NCBI RefSeq assembly: GCF_011386835.1 | Contig: NC_088807.1 | Coordinates: forward strand, 24,304,001 to 24,368,000 | DNA length: 64,000 nt | Direction of reading: 5' to 3' | From: Chrysemys picta bellii | Taxonomy: Eukaryota | Shown here: positions 54,402 to 64,000 of the stretch, one piece after another | Position numbering within the stretch: position 1 is the stretch's first letter | Layout of the letters: every line of letters starts with the position of its first letter | The notes under the pieces: generated by a model | Databases searched by the model: none | What the model saw: only the letters and a program-made list of their open reading frames with translations | What the model was told of the DNA's origin: nothing | Program-made: the position numbers and the translations under genes

Positions 54402-55486
54402 CCTCTCTGGTCCCCAAGAGATGTCAACGATGAACCCAAAGGCTCTTTTAAGAGCCACCCACTTTTTCTATGAGAGAACTGAGTCACGGCCACTAATGGA
54501 ACTTAGAAAAATTAATCTATTTTTGTAGGGGCATTAACTTGTACAGAATACTTAAATCACATATTCAAGAGGTTTACATGAGAAATTAATTTGTGTAGGA
54601 AACAATCAGTGTTAGGGCTTGATATCTAAAGGGAAAAATAAGCGCTTACCTACAATTACTGATTTCAGAATACAAAAATGTCATTAAGATCTATTCAGAA
54701 ACAGTATCTGAACACTGTTCATGCAATAGAATATCAATTTTTCTAAAATACTTTAATTTCCCCACAATAATCATCTTTAACATCTCTGCACCTAGAAGGA
54801 GATTCTTTCTGAAAACAGGAGGGACTGTAGTTCATTGTTGTAAAAGAAATGGTGCCAAACTCCTTCAGAAAGGGACTGGGGAAGGAGAGGCCTGCAGACT
54901 GAATTTCTCTAATTAGAAAATGAATATTAATTTTTAAAATCACCATTTAGGGACTGGGGAGACACATCCATTCTTGTTAGTGATGTCAGTGTCTTCAATG
55001 AAAGAGATAATATAGTCACTGTTTTACACTTAGTTGTTTGCTTTTTATCTAGAGCTTCCCCTTCACCCCCCAAGTTTTATAACTGCAAGAAAATTGTATT
55101 TGGAGTAAAATAACCTCTCATGTTAGGCTGTGATACACACTCGCTATCAACTTTGAATCCATTAGAATAAATATTCCTATATTCTTCACTTCCACCAAGA
55201 TTTAACAAAGGAAAAACATTGTGAAAAAACCTGAAGCTGCTTTTTATAGACAAGTCAAATTACAAATTGGTATTCGATCTTTGCAGAGAGGTGAGAGAAG
55301 GGTATATTATAAGGGTCATGTACATTTCTAGCTTTTTAACAACATTTCCACCTTTAGCAGAAGTTGCAATCTCCTTACAACTATAAGAGACACTGAGGAT
55401 TTTCTGTCCTTTCCAGTTCTGACATGGAGTGATATTTTAATATATTAATTTAACCCCCAGCACATGGAAGTTAAATGGTTGACGTC

Positions 55487-55608
55487 TAGGGTAACCGATA
55501 GCAACTGAGAAAACGGGACAGGGGGTGTAATAGGCGCCTATATAAGAAAAGGTCCCCCCAAAACGAGACTGTCCCTTTAAAAGCGGGACATCTGGTCTGG
55601 TCACCCTA
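55487..55608. mobile_element. hAT MITE (same family as 6820-6942)
   Basis: tagggtaacc / ggtcacccta; TSD ttgacgtc / ttgatgtg. Confidence 0.82.
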
Positions 55609-56466
55609 TTGATGTGGGAGTCGCTTGCACCGAGGCAGTCCAAGGGTCTGGGGTGTAGCTCAAACAGTCTTTGATTCTATCAGCCATGGGAGTGGGGAGG
55701 AGACGTTTGCAAATATCCTAGTGTTTAGGGTGCTCATAAGTGTGAATTGGGGGGGGGGCACTCCCCACCGTTGGGCTGCGGATGTAAAAGCTGTATTTCA
55801 AGGGGCGTCGTGGGAGGTTTTCCCCCTGCAAAGTTTAGGGCAGGGCAGACGTCAGGAACTGAATTGCCAGGATGGGGCAGAAAGAACAAAGTGTCCCATT
55901 TGCCCGGCCATGGAGTGGATCCATTTGTGCTCCGTCCCCTCTCCAGCCCCAAACCTTTGTGACACTTTCTGGTGGAAAAATAACCGATTTCCAAACTCCC
56001 AAAGGGACCTTTTGAATCTCTTCCGAGTTAAGGCAGGGGAATATGCCGTCCTGCCGCCTCTGTTACCTAACGGAGCCAAACAAACATGCAGGGACCTACT
56101 GACAATTAAAGGAAAAACACACACACACACACCCTAACTTTGCGGCCTCCCTCAGCTCAGAGATCCCTGAAATGATTCGCAGCCCATGAACTCAACGCGG
56201 GGTGGTAAAATGTAATTCCTAAATGCAAAATTACTTCTCTTCCCCGCCACTTTTGCGCATGCTTTGGGGCAGATAAGGCGCCAAATTTAACTATGTGAAT
56301 TTAAAATTAAGGACTTTATGCTGATTGGCCAGTGGGGCAAGAGGTCTCATTGGTGGAAGCGGAGAAGCGACGCCTTTATAGGGCTTGGGAGGAAAAAGGG
56401 AGTTAAAGTACAGGTAAGTGGTTCTTCTGCCCGTCTTGTTCCCTCTCAGTTTTCCCTCTGGTCGGG

Positions 56467-56937
56467 AAGGGGCACCGCAAAATTCGGAGGGAGTCCGGAT
56501 TATTATCTGATATTTAGGATATTTGCGAGCCTGCGGGTGTCTTGCTTGCCCCACACGGGGGTGGGGTATGAAGCTCATCTCAGGGCTAATTAGGGTTGTC
56601 AACCTGCCAGGTTTGGCCTGGAGTCTCCAGGAATCGGCATCGATCTCCTGGTGAGTATTGAAAGCAATCTGGGAGATTTTAATAGGCTATTTTAAGAAAA
56701 TGACATTGTCATGTTGGGGGGGGGGGGAAATCTCTTGGAATAGCTTCAGTCAGAGTTGGCAACTCTAGGGCTAACGCACGAAGAAACTCGGAGTGTGCTC
56801 AGGGTTTTCCTGGCCAATGTGATTCGGAGTGCGGTGCTCAACAGAGAACATGCTAAGAAAAACACCCTGAAGGCCATGGATATGGTCTAGACATTGAAAC
56901 ATCAAGGTCGCACCTTCCCTGGGTTTGGGGGGGTTGA
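56467..56937 (+). pseudogene. Histone H4 pseudogene, 5'-deleted and split by a MITE
   Basis: After removing 56591-56775 it reads ..[58 protein letters not shown]. In-frame TAG at 56888; H4 element at 56447-56467; degenerate stem-loop at about 56965. Confidence 0.88.
56591..56767. mobile_element. hAT MITE (TAGGGTTGCC-type TIRs) inside the H4 pseudogene
   Basis: tagggttgtc..tggcaactcta; 8-bp TSD gggctaat / gggctaac. Confidence 0.88.
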
Positions 56938-59222
56938 ACCCTCAGCCACACCCACAAAGTAGATGGCCCATCTAAAAGCCCTTCCCTGCCTGCAGGCAAA
57001 GAACTGGATTTGTTCCAAACCAAAGTTATGTAAATAACAGAGTTAAGGTAAAAAACGTCCTGAAGTCGTCTCAGAACCGAAGTAACACATCACAAAGTTT
57101 AGGTTCTGAGTGGGGTTTTCTGCAGTGCCTTCCTACTTGCTGCCTCATTTCTCCATGGGCTGCTTTGGTTTTTCCCTTTGTATTCATCCCCTCCACAAAA
57201 ATCCCATGCCTTTTAAATGGAAGCAGAGTAAAATTAAACATGCTTTCCATAACACACCTAAACTACACGCTTTGCCAAACCCTATTATAGAGCTCCTCTT
57301 ACTTCTGTTAAAAACAAAAATGGGGAAAAAAATCTGTATTTCTCAAAATGTAGTCCCCGCTTTAACTGTGACCACCCAGAATGACAGTAGCAAGAACATA
57401 CTGGGTCAGACTATGGTCCATTTTGTTCAATAGCCTATACCTGACAGTGGTCCATACCAGAGTTTCAGGAGGAAGTGTACAGAACAGGGCAATCACGGTG
57501 TAATCTACCCTGGCTTCTGTTCCTGGTAGTCAAAAAGTTAGGGTCACATGGAGCCACTAGTGCAGGGGTTCTGCCAACAAACTTTTTGGTGGCCACAGAG
57601 TACGGCCACCAACTCTTACTGGTGGCCACGCTGACAATTTTTCCTAAAATATTTAATTAACTTCAGGAAAAAAAAACAAATACATATGCACATACACATG
57701 TCCAAAACATTGTCATTTATTCCTGTAGGGTTTTTGTTAGACTCAGTCATAAAAACAATGTACAATTGTCTCTATTCTTCACGGGCCCTAAACAGAATAG
57801 AAACACAAATAAGGCGTTCTGCATGTTCTTGTCTTTTGTTGTTGTTTCTTTTGCTTTTTAAAAAAAGACTAGCTAGCTAGTAAGTCTGCGGCTGTCAGAA
57901 GTGATATCTGCATGTTTGTTAATATCACTTTTCACAGCAGAAAATTTAATTTGTCCTGGGACAAATTAAGCCCTGGGTGGGGAGATGGGCAGGGAGGCAG
58001 TGGGGCTCAGGGACCAGGGCGGGGATGGTGAGCCTGGGGCCACAGCCTGCCATCACGTGGATGGAGCCTGAAGCCCTGCAGCTGAAGTCACTCCCCCCTA
58101 GTAAAGTGGGGAATTCACCAGCTGCCAGCACCTCCAGCATTTGTGTCTTCAGAGGGGGGCAGCCTGGGAGACGGGCCCCTGCTTTGCCCCCTCCCCAGTC
58201 ACAGCCTAGGAGGCTGTGACCACAAGAATAGCCCATAGGGCAGCATTTCTCAAATGCGGCCACCAACAGGCCTGTCCTCCCTGAATGTATCCAGTTCTTT
58301 TCTGACCCCCAAGTTATGCTTTTGGGCAGAACAACATCCCATGGCACTGAGTTAGCTGTGTGAAAAATACTTCCTCTTCTTTGTATTAAACCTGCGGAAT
58401 ATTAATTTCCTTGGGTGGACTCTGGTTTTTGTATTGTGTACCTCTCTTCCTGCTGTGTTCTTGGAAATCTCTCACCATACACACACCCCATTTACTTGTA
58501 ATGGAACACATCTGATCTAGGGTAGACAGTACAGTATCTGCAATTGTGTTCTCATTTTCTTTGCTAGTGGATAGTTCCATATAGTAATTCTGGAGTTCCA
58601 GGTTCTAGCATAACAGTTTAGCATCAGATTTCTACATCTAATATAACCATATAAGGAGTGAATGGTCTGTGTCCACACAGTAAACTTCCTACCATGTAGA
58701 CATGACCGCAAATCTTTTAGACTGCATTCAGTGCCTAGACACTTTCGGTATAGTAGCATAATTTTTCTCCCCAGTGATAAACCCAGGGAACTCAATCTAT
58801 TTACCTTAATAAAGACAAGGTTAAGAGGTGATTTGATCAGTCTGAAAGTAGCAACAAGTGGAACAACTACTTGAGAAAGTTGCTGACCTGACAATTAATT
58901 ATCCCTAGTAATTAGTTATCTTGACGGTATCAAGACCCCTCCCAGCTAACTTGCCTACAACTGACAAAACTAATGCATAAAATCCAGTAAAACACAAAAA
59001 GTAACATGCCAACTAGCTAGATAAACTTGCAACAAATTAATTCAAATGTCTTGCCATGCTGAGACCCACAGCTATTGTGAATTACACCTTCCCTTTAGCA
59101 GGTAGCCTTGGTCCAGGCCTTAACACACACAGCTTAAGTCCCAGATGCCTGGTTCCTTTCCCAGCTTGACTATATTTTGTGTGTGGTTTTAGGAAAGACA
59201 CTTAGGCCAGTGTTTTCAGGTT

Positions 59223-59525
59223 TAAAGCAACAGAGGGTCCTGTGGCACCTTTAAGACTAACAGAAGTATTGGGAGCATAAGCGTTCATGGGTAAGAACCT
59301 CACTTCTTCAGATGCAAGTAATGGAAATCTCCAGAGGCAGGTATAAATCAGTATGGAGATAACGAGGTTAGTTCAATCAGGGAGGGTGAGGTGCTCTGCT
59401 AGCAGTTGAGGTGTGAAAACCAAGGGAGGAGAAACTGCTTCTGTAGTTGGATAGCCATTCACAGTTTTTGTTTAATCCTGATCTGATGGTGTCAAATTTG
59501 CAAATGAACTGGAGAACGGTTTTCA
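59223..59525 (-). mobile_element. Penelope-like element 3' fragment
   Basis: cagagggtcctgtggcacctttaagactaacag..., then the reverse-complemented GIY-YIG tail gatggtgtcaaatttgcaaatgaact. Confidence 0.85.
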
Positions 59526-60048
59526 GGTTGTGATGTTTATAAGCACCTCTGCACAGGGATCCCAGATGAAAATAATAAAACTGCACAGCAGAGCAAAAAA
59601 AAGGTTTAACCCAAAGCGAACCAGGCACCGCCTTTAGGGAGTTTGAAATGTTTTACTCCTGTGGGTGGGATGGTCTGTTTGAAAACTCTAGGATGGACGG
59701 GGTAAAGGAATCACAGCAGTTGTAACCACTCACCCACGTGTGGGGCTGAGATCAGATTAGTGCAAGACCAGGACAGGGTGTCACAAAAAGTTTGTGCTGG
59801 GGAAGAGGGAGAGATAAAAGAGATGAAAACCAGGCAACTTTTTCCCTAACCCCTTGTGTGTAGAGCTGGAATCTGATTAATACAAGACCAGGACAAGGGC
59901 TCAGAAAAAGTTTGTGATGTGGGGGTAAGAGGACAACAGGCAATATTTCATTTTCCCCACCCACCCTTGACATGGCAATTCCAAGCCCTCTCTGAAATTG
60001 TGGGTGGCTCTTAAAAGAGCCTTTGGTTTTGGGGGTTTGCAGCGGCGC

Positions 60049-61227
<1,179 letters not shown>

Positions 61228-62336
61228 TCTGTGTGTGTCTCTCTCCTTCCTCTTCCACCCCCAAGAGATGTCAATTTAAAAACTCCAAAGGCTCTTTTAA
61301 GAGCCACTCACTGTCTCCATGAGAGAGCTGTAGACACTACATCACTTGTCCTGCCAAGGCAGCTCCCAGCAAATGGGGCTTTTTGTTATTCAATTGCGCG
61401 TTTATTTATTTTTTTAACTCGCTGCTTGTTTGGGGGCTGGCTGGGTGGGTGTTGTTCTTAGTCTCTTTAATTGCCCATTTATTTCTATTCAGTAGCCTGG
61501 TGCTTTGCTGTAAGTGGCTTTGTCAGGGAAGTGTGGGGTTTTTTGCCTTGCTGATTGGCAGCGGGGGCGGCTGGCCTTGGTTTGCCCCTGCTGTGAAAAG
61601 GCAGTGGGGTTTTATCAAAATCTTGTAGACTTGGGGAGCTCTTACTGTTCCAGCCACCCTCAATGGCTTCTGTAGGATTTAATGATCCGATACTTGTGTT
61701 TTTACAATAAAAGGTCTAGGAAAATCCGGTACTAAAATCGCATTTAAAACCGAATATAATTTAACAGTAGCTTTAAAAGACACAGGTTGCGAAGAGTGTC
61801 TGTACACCTGGGTTTAGTACTTACATTAGTTTATTTTTAACTTTGTAGTTGTGAAGTCAGATGATACCTAATCCCCACTAACCCACAGTCAGCGACAGGA
61901 TTCTGACCCCCAGAAACCTCTCCATGTGCACGCGGCAATATTTGCCTTAGTCAAGTTGCCAAAATCCCCCCAAAAACCCACGTTCCTTGCCAACTTCCCA
62001 CCCCGGGAAGGGGCGATGGGAACTCAGGCGAGACCGGAAATCCCTAGTCAATGAAATCTCCACTTGCAACAAGGGGGTGTTTTTGGGGGGGGAGTCCAAG
62101 TTAAAGGGGGTCTAGGGTTAGTTTTCTTGAGGTCTGGGTCAGTCTCACTTCACAGCGAGCTGCTGGGCTTGCAAACATTGACACATGCCCCCGGGGGGAC
62201 GGGACACTGAGCTCCCTCGCTTTGCTACAGTCCTGCAGGGACCCCTGTCCGTGGGGGGGGGCCCCACTATTACTTCGGGGGGTGTTTCACCACCTTGCGG
62301 CTCCTATGCTTGCAGTCTAAGGTCAAGGCCGACTAT

Positions 62337-62445
62337 GATTGGACGCGGTGCGATCCGCTCTGTCTCTCATTGGTCGGAAAGGAAACACGTTGGGGGGGGG
62401 GGGGTTACCTTTTTTCCTCCTCCATTTTCTCTCTGACCCGATTCC
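62337..62445 (+). promoter_or_regulatory. Second orphan, degenerate H4-type promoter
   Basis: gattggacgcggtgcgatccgctctgtctctcattggtcggaaagg aligns with gattggctgagggtgcgatgcgctgtgtctcattggtgggagcggaagg upstream of H4 42436; degenerate element ctctgacccgat at about 62430. No CDS follows. Confidence 0.55.
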
Positions 62446-63016
62446 ATCAATGCGGTTTGTGGCCAGCCAGCTGTAAACCGGGACCCACGTTGAGGGCTGT
62501 CAAATGAGGCCTTTCTCCCTTCAATAGCCATTGATAAGGACATCCTGGCTTGGCTTGGTTGGCTGGATTGTATGTGCTCAATCAATCAAGTGTTACAAGG
62601 CTATTTTTATCTGGTATATTTTTGCTACTTTTATTTTTATTTGGGTGGGGGAAGGGAGGTAAAGGTTGTTAAAAACTCATTAGTTTTGAGCATTTGGGGT
62701 TAGCAATCCTGGACAAATCACCTCCTTTCTGCACTCAGACCTTTTCCCCTCCTCAGTAACTAGGCTGCTGCTAGAAGGGTAATTAATGATTAGGGGCTGA
62801 GCAACAGGATGACCCCCCCCTCCCCCCCATACCCCTGCCTTTAGCTACAAGAGCAGAGATTTGCACCCTCAGGGGTCCCTTTCCTGGGCTGTTGTCACAG
62901 CTCTGCGCTGGGTTTGCTGGGGCAGCCCCCCCCCTCCCACTGATTGGTTAATCTTTGCCCAATCAGAGAGCAGGACGTCAGTTTAAAAACACAAAGCCTC
63001 CCCCTGGAATCCGTGA

Positions 63017-63089
63017 GCCCGGATAGCTCAGTCGGTAGAGCATCAGACTTTTAATCTGAGGGTCCAGGGTTCAAGTCCCTGTTCGGGCG
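63017..63089 (+). tRNA. TRNAK-UUU: tRNA-Lys(TTT)
   Basis: GCCCGGATAGCTCAGTCGGTAGAGCATCAGACTTTTAATCTGAGGGTCCAGGGTTCAAGTCCCTGTTCGGGCG. Confidence 0.98.
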
Positions 63090-63435
63090 TCACAAGTTAT
63101 TTTAGAATTCTGCCTCCTCTAGGAGCAGCTACACTTTGCCCCATTCCCATTTTCCCATAAACCCTGAGACAATCCCTAGAAAAGCGCCAGGTCACGTTCC
63201 CTCCCCCCCTGCCCTGTAAAAGACAGTCACAGAAAATGGTGTTTTGGCCTGTTGTTAAATGCCATATGGTGAATTCTTGAGGAGAGGGAGAGAAGAAATA
63301 AATAGAGGGGGAAATCACTGATTTGAAATGACCATTGTCCAGTTCCATTTTATGAACCCGTCTCCAGAAAGCTTTTCTTACCACATCACCACTGAAGTCG
63401 ATTGCCCTGAGCTCTGGGTACAGATCCCCCTAGGC

Positions 63436-63600
63436 CAGTGCTTCTCAAACTTTTTTTTCCATGGACCACTTGAAAATTGCTGAGGGTCCTGGTGGGCCCC
63501 TTAGTGATCTTTCCAAATGTGGTTTGTACCGTTAGCTAGCTAGTGTAAAGCACTTTGGATAAAAGTGCTATATTAAAAAAAAACCTTCATAATAATTCTT
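63436..63600 (+). mobile_element. hAT/Charlie-like fragment
   Basis: Begins cagtgcttctcaaacttttttttccatggaccac; right end not resolved. Confidence 0.5.
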
Positions 63601-64000
63601 TCTGGGACGTGTGTTGGTAGCTCAGATAATTAAGGGTGTGTGTGGGTGTGTACACAGAAGGCAACCCTGAAAATAGTCCCTTCCCTCTCCAGACCTGCCG
63701 CAGAATCACTTGCCCTGGGTAGATTAACCTGCCCCCCTGTGTCTCTGTGAGGAAAAAAAAGTTTTTGTGGAAAAAAAAGCCATTTTTAATGAAAGAAAGT
63801 GACAGAAACTGGCCACACGGTGGCGCCACACCATCAGGCATGAAAAGCACCAGGCCCCAGTCTGCACAGTCCTGGTGAAAAGGGGGTGAACTCCCCTCGC
63901 CCCTGTTCCCAGATGTGTTTTCCCTCCAGGCGCCAGTTGAAATGAATTCCCGGGGCTGCTGGAAGGGGCCATTGGGGCTGATTTCCCTCGGTGCACAAGC

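Noticed and set aside
61860-62170. Faint H3-like fragments on the minus strand (cagcagctcgct; YCRVHMER vs LCAIHAKR)
   Set aside because: Too short and not collinear enough to support without an alignment score.

Overview
Vertebrate genomic DNA, most likely a turtle (inferred from the CR1 3' tails, Penelope and hAT/Harbinger families; no database search was possible). Left to right: a CR1 LINE fragment; ten coding exons of an RBFOX-family splicing factor, most similar to the non-mammalian paralogue RBFOX1L (1550-6027; 5' exons not seen); a CpG-rich, pyrimidine/YGCY-rich unannotated segment ending at an AATAAA (about 7-10.6 kb); then a replication-dependent histone cluster. The cluster has 4 intact H4, 4 divergent H2A/H2B pairs, 2 H3, 1 H4 pseudogene, 2 orphan H4-type promoters and no H1, interspersed with 7 tRNA genes. 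Gene order is mirror-symmetric around about 41 kb. One H2A is a variant with L51/M55/V87/G99. The centre holds a very young non-autonomous Gmr1-like LTR retrotransposon with an intact 895-aa ORF inserted into an old L2, a decayed Gmr1-like pol (INT-RT-RH order) and solo LTRs. Five Penelope terminal repeats carry minimal hammerhead-ribozyme folds. Three N-gap regions limit what can be read.
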